A DNA stretch of 63,576 nt, filler included, from Octopus bimaculoides (lineage: Eukaryota), in NCBI RefSeq assembly GCF_001194135.2. It is 6 parts of 6 records of this genome, joined end to end, with 100 filler letters (N's around TTAATTAATTAA, not from the genome) between each part and the next. Parts side by side here need not be neighbours in the genome. Positions count along the whole stretch, not along the records: positions 21,458 to 27,945 come from NC_068981.1; positions 28,046 to 39,006 come from NC_069010.1; 4 more parts are not named here. One strand, 5' to 3'. Of the stretch, positions 24,601 through 38,725 are shown piece by piece; position 1 is the first letter of the stretch, and every line of letters begins with the position of its first letter. Made by a program: the position numbers and the translations under genes. The notes beneath the pieces are model-generated. The model was given only the letters and a program-made list of their open reading frames with translations, made no database searches and was not told where the DNA came from.

Positions 24601-25334
24601 AAGAAAAAACCACAATTACCAATGCTCTAAAACTACATTCAGAATGACATAATCAAGTTTTTGTCTGCTTCTGTAAAAAAAAAAAAAATAGGACAGCAGA
24701 TATATATTGATTTTTATGGCTGAAGCTGCAAATGTTTTTCACACTGCATAAGCTCCAGTATGAATATACTGTGTGTCTGATAATGAAATTAAAGAGCGTT
24801 TTATTAAAGTTTTTCATTTGGAGACTACAATTTCCAAAGAACTGGAGACTCGTGGCCATGCTGTCTCTGAAAAGAAATCGCTAACAGAGAGAAAACAGGG
24901 CGGAATAGGATTGAAATGGTATTACTAACAAGAGTGGATCGTACAAGGGTCTCCAGTCACTGATTCACCGCCACAAAGAAAAATCATTATTTTTTCACTT
25001 GCTTCGCACCTCACTTTAATCTTAAGCCGGTAGAAAATGCAAAATGCAGCCATTATTTTGTCCTATTCGTTCGTACGGAAGGAAAGTTATAGGTCAATGT
25101 TAAGTACCCTTAAAATCACCATGACACAAGATAGACCCATAAAGAAGCCTTCTTAATGAAGATGATCAAATGCGTGTACTAACTTCTCGAAATTACCACA
25201 TAAGTATTCAAACAAAAATAAACAAACAATTAACACATCAAATAAGATTTGTTTACAAGATTTTGTTTCACAAGCTAGTTATACGATCACTGGTGAATTA
25301 ACGAACTAAGAACTGAAAAAAAATTCAAACCAAT

Positions 25335-25490
25335 TGCCACTAGGCTAGGAATTTTTGAGTGGGTTGCTCAACTGCCACTTATTTTATCGACCCAAAAGGA
25401 TGAATTGCGAAGTCAACTACGGCGAGATTTGAACTCAAAAAGTAAAAACGGACGAAATGCCGCTAACGATTCTGTCAGCTCGCTGCCTTA
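25335..25490 (-). mobile_element. SINE family A fragment
   Basis: Reverse complement of head and core. Confidence 0.7.
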
Positions 25491-25529
25491 CTTCAAGATA
25501 CTATCAGAATGTAACTCATCTAGTTTTGT

Positions 25530-25870
25530 TGTTGGCACTCCGTCGCTTACAACGTCGAGGGTTCCAGTTGATCCCATGAACGGAACAGCCAGCTCGTGAA
25601 ATTAACGTGCAAGCGGCTGAGCACTCCAGAGACACGTGTACCTTTAACGTAGTTCTCGGGGATATTCAGCGTGACCCTTTGAATTACAGACACAATAGAA
25701 ACAGGAAGTGAACGAGTACAGCAGGGTTCACAACCATCCCCTGCCGGAGACTCGTTGAACTTTAGGTGTTTTCGCTCAATAAACACCCACAACGCCCGGT
25801 CTGGGAATCGAAACCGCGATCCTATGACCGCGAGTCCGCTGCCCTAACCACTGAGCCATTGCGCCTCCAC
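25530..25870 (-). mobile_element. tRNA-derived SINE family D, well preserved
   Basis: Head GTGGAGGCGCAATGGCTCAGTGGTTAGGGCAGCGGACTCGCGGTCATAGGATCGCGGTTTCGATTCCCAG with A and B boxes, continuing into a non-tRNA body. Confidence 0.85.
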
Positions 25871-26189
25871 AACTCATCTAGTAAAGATAAAGATATTGAA
25901 ATTTAAAAGAAATTCTTGAACAGAGAGAATCGAGCAAAGGTCCAATAAACAACAGACGACTCGTTATAGAGTTTAGAGGATTTCAGTTGTGTGAAAGTAT
26001 TTGACATATTTCTGGATAAACTTATTGGAGACATTTAATGGAGGTTTCAAGGAAAAGACAAAGATAAGACAGTGAGCATCTTAAAGTCACTCGTTAACCT
26101 AATTGTGGGTCTTGGAGATGACGATGACGAGCTTTTGACAGAATTAGGGAAGATATTTCACTCGTTCTTCTCACTACTAAAACATAAAC

Positions 26190-26400
26190 TGATATACTAT
26201 GAAAAACGATGCTTATCTTGCCTCCCCAATTATATATGAGATGCTTAAAATGTGTGCAACACTTCCTGTAATAGCACCAACTGAAGAGTATTCTGTTTTT
26301 CTGGTTTAAGTTACTTAATGCATAAACTACTAGACCTGGCTGAATAAGAGAGAGACTCTCTGATCTATATCTTAGTAGTGATAGTGAAGATGTTATCAGT
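26190..26400 (+). mobile_element. hAT-like transposase dimerisation-domain relic
   Basis: PIIYEMLKMCATLPVIAPTEEYS followed (frameshifted) by TTRPG*IRERLSDLY, resembling the hAT C-terminal FP..L.LP....ER.FS....R..L..ERL pattern. Confidence 0.35.
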
Positions 26401-26573
26401 ATTTTCAAGCAGACCGCCAAACTGGAGAGAACTATTTATGATTTATTGAAATATGTTAGCCTCATTATCTTTCAGAATGCATTGCAGTGGATTCAGAACA
26501 GACTCAAGAGAGTTAAGAATAAATTTTTTACTGTTTCAATTACTTAATAAAGATCAATATATTTTTGTTACTA

Positions 26574-27000
26574 AGGCAGCGAGCTGGCAGAAACGTTAGC
26601 AAGCCGGGCGAAATGCTTAGCAGTATTTCATCTGCCGTTACGTTCTGACTTCAAATTCTGCCGAGCTCGACTTTGTCTTTCATCCTTTTGGGGTCGATAA
26701 ATTAAGTACCAGTTACGCACTGGGGTCGCTGTAATCGACTTAATACCTTTGTCTGTCCTTGTTTGTCCCCTCTGTGTTTAGCCCCTTGTGGGCAATAAAG
26801 AAATAAGAAACGTTAGCACGCTGGACGAAATGCTTAGCGGTATTTCGTCTGTCTTTACGTTCTGAGTTCAAATTCCGCCGAGGCCGACTTTGCCTTTCAT
26901 CCTTTCGGGATCGATAAATTAAGTACCAGTTGCGTACTGGAATCGATTCAACCGATTGGCTCCCTCCCTCAAAATTTCGGGCCTAGAGTAGAAAAGAATA
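26574..27000 (+). mobile_element. Tandem pair of family A SINEs
   Basis: Copy 1 26574-26805; copy 2 (5'-clipped at gaaacgttagc) 26806-27000; different 3' tails. Confidence 0.85.
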
Positions 27001-27371
27001 TTTTCTATTACTAAAGGAATACGACCATTATATTTAATTGCCCACACTGTATTTCTATAAATCTTTAATCAAGAGATTTATGCTATTCCATAGTTTGATG
27101 TATGGACAATAGGATATCGCTAATTCCTACAATGAGCGAGACAAAATCCAATCTTAATCCAATTGAATAATAAGTACAAATAAAATTAAATATTCCAATA
27201 GTTTTATAGTTAGAAAATTTTGTGCAATAGCAATCATGTCTTATCTATACTAAAGTTTCTCTCATTTTCTTTATTTACTTTGAACATATGCAACATGTTT
27301 AACACATGCAACTATAATACGCTTATCTTTTAACACACACACACGCACGCATGCACATTCATATACATACA

Positions 27372-27413
<42 letters not shown>

Positions 27414-27739
27414 CATACAGAGAGAGAAAGAGATACACATACACACACATATATTTATATAAATATATATATATTCTTTTAATTCTGTTACTTAATTCAG
27501 TCATCTGACTGAAACATGCTAGAGCATCGCCTGTATATGTACACTAATCTCTCGACTATCACGAGTGTTACATTCCAAAACCTCCCACAGAAATAATCGA
27601 CGTCTAAAAAGATATTAAATACCTATCGGCCGCAGAAACCCGGTTATACAAAAGACTCTGCGATATAAATTTACATATATTAACCAGAAAAATCTGTGAT
27701 GTACTGAGTGCGCGATTGGTGAACCGCGATATGGCGAAG

Positions 27740-27945
27740 GGCCGTTTCCCGCCTCCCTTTTCCCCTCACCTACCATCCCACCACCCTACCCCTCCAACGC
27801 TCCATTCTCCGAGCTTTTCGGCGCCTCCAGTCCGACCCCTCCACCTCCCACATCTTCCCTAATCGACCCCTCCCCTCCTTCAAACGAGCCCACAACCTAC
27901 GGGACCTCTTGGTCCACAGCTTCTTCCCCAACTCAACCTCCCAAC
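27740..27945 (+). mobile_element. Penelope-like (Neptune-type) RT-endonuclease linker fragment, open frame, cut by linker gap
   Basis: RLPFPLTYHPTTLPLQRSILRAFRRLQSDPSTSHIFPNRPLPSFKRAHNLRDLLVHS matches the PLE LTYHP..LQ.DP....FP..PL..F.R..NLRD.LVHS motif. Confidence 0.85.
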
Positions 27946-29382
27946 NNNNNNNNNNNNNNNNNNNNNNNNNNNNNNNNNNNNNNNNNNNNTTAATTAATTA
28001 ANNNNNNNNNNNNNNNNNNNNNNNNNNNNNNNNNNNNNNNNNNNNATATATATATAGATATATATATAAGACCACACATCGAAATATGTAATGTATACAT
28101 GCTTGTGATTGTCACCTATGAATGCTCGGCAACTCGTATTGGTTTGTTTACATTCTCGTAACCTAGCAGCTAGACAAATAACTTGCTAGACTAACTACCC
28201 CACTTTAAAAATATAAGTACTGCGGTAGATTTCTTTGACTAACCCCGTCAACGTGATACCCCAGGATGGCCGAAGTCCACTGATTGAAGTATGGATAGAT
28301 AAAAGATAAAAGAGGAAACATATGTATATGCGTGAGTGTATTTGCTATTTGCGTCTTAATATCACGCAAAAGTTGTAAACATGCATCATCGTTATACAAG
28401 TGGGGTTCTTTGTTTCTTGAAAACCTTTTCTGTAAGAGGATCAGTTTTCCTTGCCTGAAGCAGGTGATGTTTGGGGTTTGTAACAGCATCTGGCCATAGA
28501 AAATCTGTCTTAATGAATTATGCCCGATCCATGCAACCATGGGTGTGTATGTGTGCACGTGTGTGTGTGCATGTGTGTTTACGTATGTGAATGTGTGTGT
28601 ATATGTGTGAGTGTATATGTGTGTGAGTGTGTGTGAAATAGAGTGAGAGAAAGTGAGTGTTTTTGTGTGTGTGTGTGTGTGAGAGAGTGAGAGTGAGTGA
28701 GTATGTGAAAGAGAGAGATAGAGAGAGACATAGAGTGAGTGTTTATGAAAGAGGGAAAGACAGAGANNNNNNNNNNNNNNNNNNNNNNNNNNNNNNNNNN
28801 NNNNNNNNNNNNNNNNNNNNNNNNNNNNNNNNNNNNNNNNNNNNNNNNNNNNNNNNNNNNNNNNNNNNNNNNNNNNNNNNNNNNNNNNNNNNNNNNNNNN
28901 NNNNNNNNNNNNNNNNNNNNNNNNNNNNNNNNNNNNNNNNNNNNNNNNNNNNNNNNNNNNNNNNNNNNNNNNNNNNNNNNNNNNNNNNNNNNNNNNNNNN
29001 NNNNNNNNNNNNNNNNNNNNNNNNNNNNNNNNNNNNNNNNNNNNNNNNNNNNNNNNNNNNNNNNNNNNNNNNNNNNNNNNNNNNNNNNNNNNNNNNNNNN
29101 NNNNNNNNNNNNNNNNNNNNNNNNNNNNNNNNNNNNNNNNNNNNNNNNNNNNNNNNNNNNNNNNNNNNNNNNNNNNNNNNNNNNNNNNNNNNNNNNNNNN
29201 NNNNNNNNNNNNNNNNNNNNNNNNNNNNNNNNNNNNNNNNNNNNNNNNNNNNNNNNNNNNNNNNNNNNNNNTCGTTGAAGCCCTCTCTGGGTTCTTAATA
29301 CACCAAATTCCTTAAGGGATGTCTATCCGAGACAAAACTCAGAACAAGCGCCCTCCTGAGTTTCTCTATGCATTATAAATGA

Positions 29383-30115
29383 TCCACACACAAACTGTCA
29401 TATATAGATGAGTACATACATGTAAACATTGGCAGTTATGCTGTATTAATATTGTTATAAAAAAACGTATCAATGAATTCAACCAGAAAGAAGAAAGGTT
29501 TTGTTCCGTACCCTATATAGCTTATCATTCCTCATCGAGAAAAAGACTATCCTTGAAAGGGCTGATATTTCTTCGACTTTCAGATGTTTTGGTAAACTCT
29601 TTGGTAAGGAAATAAAGGAAAATGCCTGTATATCTTCTTGCTGTGGATCAGGGTATGAGTGGTTATAGAGCTGGTAGAGAAAAATGGAAGAGAAATTGAA
29701 ATTGATAAATAATGAATAACACTACTACAATTGTGACTGCTGTTATTGTTGTAACCTCTTCAATATTACAACACATATCATAATAGCTAAAGCTATCAAT
29801 ACCATACGCTACCACTGTCTCATTCATAAGTAACCATTGGGGTTTCTGCATTGGTCAACTAATTATTGGTCTGTCCAGTAGTGTTCTACTTTTTTTCTCT
29901 GTCTCTTTCTCGGGTTCGCAGTGACATGAATACAGAAGTATTTGGTGGAAGATTATGTTTATCTCATTGTTTTCAACCAATGACATCATTTTCTACTATT
30001 TATTCCTGAATTCTTTTGTAACAAGCACACATACAACCAAATACATGCGTACACCCCCATAGCTATACATAATTACACATTGACACTAATGTCCATTTCA
30101 CTGTATTGGTTGACA
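29383..30115. repeat. Outer inverted-repeat arm (pairs with 38291-39006)
   Basis: Direct reverse-complement match; ~96-99% over 29383-29680 and ~90% over the rest (by eye). Confidence 0.95.
29512..29670 (-). CDS. Internal exon, adhesion-GPCR GAIN-domain-like (copy L)
   Basis: Polypyrimidine tract + CAG acceptor, 159 nt open phase 0, donor AGG|GTACGG. Peptide LYNHSYPDPQQEDIQAFSFISLPKSLPKHLKVEEISALSRIVFFSMRNDKLYR resembles the GAIN (S).I.LP..L.....SR..F......LF/Y segment. Confidence 0.6.
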
Positions 30116-30116
30116 G

Positions 30117-30158
<42 letters not shown>

Positions 30159-31648
30159 NNNNNNNNNNNNNNNNNNNNNNNNNNNNNNNNNNNNNNNNNN
30201 NNNNNNNNNNNNNNNNNNNNNNNNNNNNNNNNNNNNNNNNNNNNNNNNNNNNNNNNNNNNNNNNNNNNNTATATATGTCTGTGTGTATTCATGTAATCAC
30301 ACACGCGTGTGTATGTGTGTTTATTGATTGACGACAGCAGTAAATACATATAAATAACATTGTCTCTCCCACCATTGTTACCACACTTATTTATTACATT
30401 TTTTCCAAAATATTTTGACTTGCAAATTCATTGAAATGTATAATTTTCTGTCTTCCATAAAATTCCTCTTTTAAAATGGAAGAGAAGCAGAAGAACCAAG
30501 AAGAAGGATGCTATAGACGTAGAAACAGATGCAATAACAGGGAAGGGCAAATTAAGGTGTAAAAGAGAGAGAGAAATGAAAGGAGCAACTGTTTTGTCAT
30601 CAATTCAGTTACATATAAATCATTTTAAATTATTCATAACATTAAAATTTTAATTAGCGTCATGTAAATTCTTACATTTAACTATTTCTACAAATTTTAA
30701 GAGATGCAATACAAATAGGAGACTTTGTGCACTGATCCAACAGCTAGAAATAACAGTAAAATTTCTTCAAATCGCATCCTTCAATCTTAAACTAGGATGG
30801 ACAAATTGAAGAATACATTTCTAATATAAAAAAATGCAGTCACGATTGGAAAGCATTTTATCATAGTTCGGTTTGATGAGAGTTAATTTTGGGTTAACCA
30901 ACAAGGAAAGAAGTATCTATGCAGTAGACGAACCTGCTAGAAATAACAACAAATGCTCTTCATGACGTTACCATTTCTGTAACAACTGATTTATTTCCAT
31001 GCACTGTGCAATATTTCCATGACAACTCATATAGAAATCAACTCGTTTGAACGCTTCAAAAAGCAATAAGCTCATTGATCTTTTCTGTTTCGCCGAAAAC
31101 CATAATACCCTTAAGGCAGTGTTAAGTAGGCGGTTATAATTAGGATAGATGTAGAAAGAAAAGATATAAGAATGATGATGGAGGAGCAGAAGAATTTGAA
31201 AAGATAATTAACCTAGTATCTCTTTAACAATTAGACTCATTAATATGAACCTATAAACAGAAGAGTCATCGTCCATAGACAAAGTTATTGAATGTTTAGT
31301 TTTGAGAATCTGGTATTTTGAGGCCGCCACAGAAATTCTAAGCCATGTTAGCAGCAGACAGGTTGTCTACACATCACAAGAAATGTTTTATATTGAAGAA
31401 CACAACTTTCTGTACTTACCTGTGGTTGTGTTAATAATATATTTTTGTGTGAATAATATAATTTGTCATCAAATATTTATAAAGATTTAAAAAGAAATAT
31501 GAAAGATGTTGTATAACGAGAATACACTGTGATGCTTTGGACATTTAACTGTACGACTTTTGATGCTTAATTGCAAATGCACGGATATTATATATTAACG
31601 GACGTATATATGAATGTTGAGTGGTGAGAAAGGACTGTATGTGTGTGA

Positions 31649-31709
<61 letters not shown>

Positions 31710-32416
31710 GCACTGTATTTATGTGTACATATAAATATGAATCAGTTTGCATGAAAGAGGATGTGCATATGCGTTGAGAGAAAAACTGGGCAAAATGAAT
31801 GAGATATAAGGTGGAAGAGAGAAAGAGGGGCGCCGACACTGGTATAGNNNNNNNNNNNNNNNNNNNNNNNNNNNNNNNNNNNNNNNNNNNNNNNNNNNNN
31901 NNNNNNNNNNNNNNNNNNNNNNNNNNNNNNNNNNNNNNNNNNNNNNNNNNNNNNNNNNNNNNNNNNNNNNNNNNNNNNNNNNNNNNNNNNNNNNNNNNNN
32001 NNNNNNNNNNNNNNNNNNNNNNNNNNNNNNNNNNNNNNNNNNNNNNNNNNNNNNNNNNNNNNNNNNNNNNNNNNNNNNNNNNNNNNNNNNNNNNNNNNNN
32101 NNNNNNNNNNNNNNNNNNNNNNNNNNNNNNNNNNNNNNNNNNNNNNNNNNNNNNNNNNNNNNNNNNNNNNNNNNNNNNNNNNNNNNNNNNNNNNNNNNNN
32201 NNNNNNNNNNNNNNNNNNNNNNNNNNNNNNNNNNNNNNNNNNNNNNNNNNNNNNNNNNNNNNNNNNNNNNNNNNNNNNNNNNNNNNNNNNNNNNNNNNNN
32301 NNNNNNNNNNNNNNNNNNNNNNNNNNNNNNNNNNNNNNNNNNNNNNNNNNNNNNNNNNNNNNNNNNNNNNNNNNNNNNNNNNNNNNNNNNNNNNNNNNNN
32401 NNNNNNNNNNNNNNNN

Positions 32417-34094
32417 ATGTAATATTTGTGACAACCTTAAAGTTGTATTATTACTTCTTGGGTTATAGTTGGGCTACATAAAGCGTATCTGCTTCTTGTG
32501 TCCATGGAACAGGAGAGATGACAAGAAATACAGCAAAAAACGTGATTAGCCAGTTCTAGATGAAATAAACATGTTGTTAAACACAATGTGAAATACCAAG
32601 CACTTATGGACATTCAGAAAGTTCATCTTCTACCATTTCACATTAAATTTGGCCCTTTGAACAATTTCATTACGATTGTGGATGATCAATGTAGTAGTTT
32701 CCAATAATTAAAGGATAAATTCAAAGGAATTTTGAGGATGCTAAATTAGAAACTGGATGTTTCACTCAACCTCAGATCCGCAGTGTCATCCTCGACTCAT
32801 CATTTACATTTAATTTAAATGAGCATAAACTAGGAGAGTAGACATATTTTGTTGGAGTTTTCAAAAATTGCTTTGGAAACCACCAAGCTGAAATCCACTG
32901 TAAACTCGTACAAAACGTTCAAATCCTATGAAAAATGGGATGTAGAATGTCTCTGAAAATGCATTTTTTTACATTTTCATATTGATTTCTCCCTGGTGAA
33001 CCTTGGGGCTGAGTACATGCCAGGTGAACTCCTTCACCAACAGATTTCAGGGAAAACAGATACCAAGTTAATTTCAATCTAAATATGATGGGAGATTATT
33101 GTTGGTTCCTGCAGAAGGAGAACTCGTCTTCATACAAATGACAAAGTAAGAAGAAATACCAAAGTTTCCCTTAGGAACAGGAAGTCACCTTTCGGTTGTA
33201 ACAAGAAAATACAAATGCGCTTTGGGTGGTTGGTTGGGCGGAGGGATGGTAACTCTTTCAACGAAATTCTGTTTTAAGCTGGAAGAAGGATGAAAGACAC
33301 TCCTGTTCGCTAATTATTTAAGAATAGCCTGGAAAAGTAGTTTAGACGGCTTTCGTAACAGAAGCGGGTGAGAGAAAAAAATGAAACATAAGGATTTCGA
33401 TTACACAAAATCTGGATATGATAGAACAATTTAGATATCGGATGTGAAATTAGCATAAGAAATTTGATAGGAATCAGTAGTTTACATATATGTAACCAAG
33501 AAGTTAAAGTTTGTTGCCTAGGAATATCATCCTTTTTGTTTCCAATTTCCAATGAACGTTTCTTTTGCCCTCAATACCCTCTTATATCTGCCATCGAACT
33601 CACCTTACTTTTCGTCACTCAATATATCCAGCCCTACGTACCTCTTACCTCTACCTCTGTCACTGTGTACCTTCTCTATCCTCTGTACTTCACATTATCT
33701 CGCTAAGTCTTAACTATCAATGGTTTTATCTCACTCTTTCGCCCCGCCGTTTTTTGATTTGTCACCAAACTCCGCCTCCTCTATTTTCCTTACCATCCCC
33801 CAAACTGCAATTCTCCATTGTCCACGCCTCCACTCATGTCAACCACTCACAATTCATTTGCATCCTCATCTCTACCATCTATCACTCTGCTTTCACACTC
33901 ATGAACCAACCTACACAGGCATTCTCGATTCTCTCCGTCTATTCCTTCTCAGTCCACCTTGTACTGTGAGGGTACTCTCTGACACCTCATCTCCACTATC
34001 CTTCTCTTTTCTCAGCTGGGATATCCATGTATCTCCTCCACAGAAAGACGCATAGTTTTGTATCTCTATCATACATTTACCTCCCGATACTTGC
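32417..34094 (+). mobile_element. Chapaev-like (CMC) transposase relic plus downstream sequence; inner inverted arm pairing with 35000-36531
   Basis: ICDNLKVVLLLLG..ICFLCPW, DAKLETGCFTQPQIR, KMGCRMSLKMHFLHFHIDF..NLGA, MMGDYCWFLQ; stops and frameshifts present. Confidence 0.75.
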
Positions 34095-34999
34095 CATAAA
34101 GGCCCCCCCTCAATATTGCACCCCTCCTAATCTGTTAAAGGTGATTGTCGTGAGTCTTACTTGGTGGCCTCACTAATGCTGGGGCCAAAATACAACTCCC
34201 AACACACTTGGTAAAATGGTTGGCTTCAGGAAGGCAATCCAGCCACAGAAACCAGGCAAAATCAGACATTGGAGGTTAATTGCAGCCCTCTCACGGGTCG
34301 AATCCTGTAGAATAGTCGAACCCATGCCAGCATGCAATACGTAAATTTATGATAATGACATTATATTCATACGTATATACACCCATCTAATACATAAATG
34401 TATATAAGTATGACGCAGAGAAGGAGGATATGGAAAATAAAAGATCCTGCAATTAGGAATAGATTTAGAGAAATCTACTGATACTTATCAGAGAAACTGA
34501 TACTTATGACTGTAAGGATTTAAATTTAAACACTTGTACTTATAGATGAAACCTGGACATTTCTACGAAATTTCTAGCTCAGTGCTACGGAACAGACATG
34601 TGATTGGAGCTAAGCCCTGACTAAGTCGAAGGTGTTGGAACGATAGGGTTGGTAGGTCAGTAAAGGCTAAGAGAGACATGGAAAGCCTGGAAGGAAGGTA
34701 GTAGTAGGGAGCGATATCAAATGTTAGAAGCGCAGCTGAGGGACTGGTATATTTAGCGATGGATAAGAGAGGGAAAAGGGGATTAGTGCTAGTCCAGAAA
34801 TGTGCTGCTCAGAGGTGTAAGTTGTTTAAGATCGTGAGACTGAAAGAACGAATCGAAATGTCTTTTATTGATAAATGTATTCAGAGCAATGACTGTATAN
34901 NNNNNNNNNNNNNNNNNNNNNNNNNNNNNNNNNNNNNNNNNNNNNNNNNNNNNNNNNNNNNNNNNNNNNNNNNNNNNNNNNNNNNNNNNNNNNNNNNNN

Positions 35000-37350
35000 G
35001 CAAGTATCGGGAGGTAAATGTATGATAGAGATACAAAACTATGCGTCTTGCTGTGGAGGAGATACATGGATATCCCAGGTATAAAAAGAGAAGGATAGTG
35101 GAGATGAGGTGTCAGAGAGTACTCTCAAGGTACAAGGTGGACTGAGAAGAAATAGGCGGAGAGAATCGAGAATGCATATGTAGGTTGGTTCATGAGTGTG
35201 AAAGCAGAGTGATAGGTGGTAGAGATGAGGATGCAAATGAATTGTGAGTGGTTGACATGAGTGGAGGCTTGGACAATAAAAAATCCCAGTTATGTGTAAG
35301 GTAATGAAAACAGCAGTGGATCACAGAAGTGGAGCTGATTGGTTACAATACAAGAAAAGAAAATCGGTGGGGGAGAAAGAACTAAATAAAACCATTGATA
35401 GATAAGATATAGCGAGATAATGTGAAGTACAAAGGATAGAGAAGTTGCACAGTGACAGAGGTAGATGTAAGAGGCACGTAGGGCTGGAAATATTGAGTGA
35501 CGAAAAGTAAGGTGAGTTCGATGACATATATAAGAGGGTATTCAGGGCAAAAGAAACGTTCATTGGAAATTGGAAACAAAAGGATGATAATCCTAGGCAA
35601 CAAACCTCAACTTCATGGTTACATATATGTAAACTACTGATTCCTATCAAATTTCTGATGCTAATTTAACATCTGATATCTAAATTTTTCTATCACGTCC
35701 AGATATCGTTTCATCGAAATCCCTTATTTTTCATTTTTTTCTTCTCATCCGCTTCTGTTACGAAATCCGTCTAAACTACTTTTCAATGCCAAGTTTTATG
35801 TTAAGCATACATAAATAATTAGTGAACAGGTGTGCCTTTCCTCATTCTTCCAGCTTGAAACAGAATTCCATTAGTGGAAATACCATCCCTGCGCCCAACC
35901 AACCACGTTAGTATTTTGTTGTAACTACCGAAAGGCGACTTCCTGTTCCTACGGGAAACTTTGATATTTCCTCTTAATCTGTCATTTGTATGAAGACGCG
36001 TTCCCCTGCAGGAACCAACAATGATCTTCCATCATATTTGGGTTGAAATTACCTTGGTATCTGTTTTCTCCAACTGAGATCTGTTGGTGGAATCGCTCAC
36101 CAGGCTTGTCGCTAAGCCTCCTAGTTTTTTCTCATTTCGATTAAATGTAAACGATGAGTCGAGGATGATACTGAGGATTTGAAGTCAAGTGAAACTCAGC
36201 TTCTAGGTTAGCATCTGTGAAACTTCCTTTGAATTTATCCTTTAATTATTGAAAACCATTACATTGATCATCCATTCTCTTCACGAAATTCTTCAAAGCT
36301 CCAAGTTTAACGTGAACTGGTGGAAGATGGACTTTCTGAGGCTCAAGAAGTGCTGGGTATTTCACACTTTGATTACCAACATGTTCAGTTCTAGATGGCC
36401 AATCACATTTTTTGTAGTATTTTTTGTCATCTCTGATGCTCCATGGACACAAAAAGCAGATACGCTTTATGTAGCCCAAATATAACCCAAGAAGTAATAA
36501 TACAACTTTAAGGTTGTCACAAATATTACATATGTGGTCCTTATATTTGATGAGGCTTAGGAGCAGTTCCATTGATTCATAACTCTCATTAAGGTCAGTG
36601 GATAAAGATATTGAAAGATTTTCATTGCCGTTGTACAGTAATACAGCTTTAAGACAAGCTTCACTAGAGTCAATGAACAGTCTCCATGGTTTTGGATCAT
36701 AGCAAAAGCCAATAGTTTCCATCAAACCACTGATATCGTGGCAGAAACAAATGTTGTCCTCCTCTCAGTAAAATGATGAAAACTGCAGATGGTGAATAGG
36801 AACTTTGGAGTTTCGCTGGAGAAAAATTCCGATCTTGAGGTCTGGAATTGTGCAACTCTACCTTTTCTTTTAATAATTCCAAATTGGACACTAAGTCATT
36901 TAACTCCGTTTGACTTAACAAATGTAGGGAGCTAGTTGCATCTGGAAAATATATGCCATTCTTTCCCCTATTTCTATATTACTATCAACCTCTTCAGGTG
37001 AACTGCTGTCTTCAACAACGAATCTACTTGGCTGTCATGTACCGACTGACCGTTGGGCAATTGGCAACTCTTGACTCAGTGTTGCTAACTCTGGATAAAT
37101 TTTATTGATCAGAATCATAAGAATGTTCATATAGTTGTCAAACAAAAATTGCTTTCACCTTGAAAATCAAACACCATATCACTGGCATTAAGATGATTAA
37201 AACCAAAATCTGGACGGGGTAAGAAATCTTATTAAGTGATTTGCATTTTTGCACAAAATCTAGACATGATAGAACAAATCGAATTATAGATTTGAAATGA
37301 GAATAGCAAAATTAGCGAAGAACACTTATTTGGTCTTCTGTAACGAAACC
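35000..37350 (-). mobile_element. Chapaev-like transposase relic (longer copy)
   Basis: LSQTELNDLVSNLEL (36697-36921) and WRLFIDSSEACLKAVLLYNGN..ICDNLKV..ICFLCPW..PPVHVKLGALKNFVK (36246-36725); lacks ~170-190 nt present in the left copy. Superfamily name is from recall. Confidence 0.75.
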
Positions 37351-37499
37351 TTTGTTGCTTGGTGTGATAGAAGTTTTAGATGAGGGGTAAAAGAAGTGAT
37401 TCCAAGGAAAAGAATAATTAATAGCACAAAAAGGGGATGGAATATGTGCAGTTTTGCTCTTATATAATTACAGCAACTGAGGAAATTATGCCATAGTCA

Positions 37500-38290
37500 G
37501 GGAGTGATCTTAGTGCGGGTGATCTGCAGATAAGTTGGTGGGGAGGTTTCTCAGGTACAAATTGAATTCGTGGGAATTGACAATAAAGATATGCTTTTTA
37601 AAATCCCAATTTGCATCAGACCGACGGTTCTTCTCGAGTCGTTTGTCGTCATTTTCTGCGAGAGACTCAGCAATCTCAGGTTGGTATTTCCTCTACTGCG
37701 TCCCAAGCTTCCTCTGGTTCCATTTACGTTTAGCGATCGACACTTCTTTTTGCAATAATCCTCATTTCATTGCATCACATGACTATACCAGGGATGTATG
37801 GCGGTTAGTGGTATTAATTGAAAGGTTAGTAGAGTTCTGTATTACGTTATGTGTTCATATTGAGTTGTGGAAGATATTGATGAAAATTGCCTCCTTATTC
37901 ATTCTTTGCTGTACTGAGGTGTTCTGTGAACATTAATAGACGGGGAAAATTAGGAAATTAGGATTAAGGTTCCTAGCACACCTTTCTATGTGTTCACTGA
38001 CTTGTATCTGTCTGTATTGTGGGTGGCGGATTTGTTCTTTGTAGAGAGTGGTTCTTCGACGGAGTGATATTTCTGTTTGGCCAATATATTGATTACTGCA
38101 CTCTAAGTAGGTAATGACATAGATTAGGTTTTCCGAGGCGTAGAGGAAATTTGATTTAATCTTAAATATTTCACCTTGTTTAAAGTGGAACACTAAACCC
38201 TCCAAAAGGTGGTGTGCCACAATTAGGTCGACCACATTTCTTTCACTTTTGGTTCCGTTGTTAATGGATATAGTCTCGTGCTGATTAATA
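37500..38290 (-). mobile_element. Penelope-like element 3' part: GIY-YIG endonuclease plus terminal-repeat region
   Basis: FKIKSNFLYASENLIYVITYLECSNQYIGQTEISLRRRTTLYKEQIRH..VSEHIERC, then RMNKEAIFI. Confidence 0.85.
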
Positions 38291-38725
38291 TTGTCAACCA
38301 ATACAGTGAAATGGACATTAGTGTCAATGTGTAATTATGCATAGCTTGGGGGCATGTATTTGGTTGTATGTGTGATGGTTACAAAAGGATTCAGGAATAA
38401 ATAGTAGAAAATCATGTCATTGGTTGAAAACAATGAGATAAACATGATTTTGCACCAAATACTTCTGCATTCATGTCACTGCGAACCCGAGAAAGAGATT
38501 GAGAAAAAAGTAGTATTCTACTGGACAGACCAATAATTAGTTGACCAATGCAGAAACCCCAGTGGTTGCTTATGAATGAGACAGTGGTAGCGTATGGCAT
38601 TGATAGTTTTAGCTATTATGATATGTGTTGTAATATTGAAGAGGTCACAATAAAAGCAGCCACTGTTGTAGTAGTGTTATTTATTATTTATCAATTTCAA
38701 ATTTTCTTCCATTTTTCTCTACCAG

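Noticed and set aside
25790-25870. tRNA gene
   Set aside because: A and B boxes are present, but the sequence runs into a SINE body shared with 4480-4815 and lacks a proper acceptor stem; it is a SINE head.
31414-31480. Perfect minus-strand donor CAG|GTAAGT as the upstream exon of the GAIN exon
   Set aside because: The frames tested hit stops within ~20 codons upstream with no nearby acceptor or start; unsupported without RNA data.
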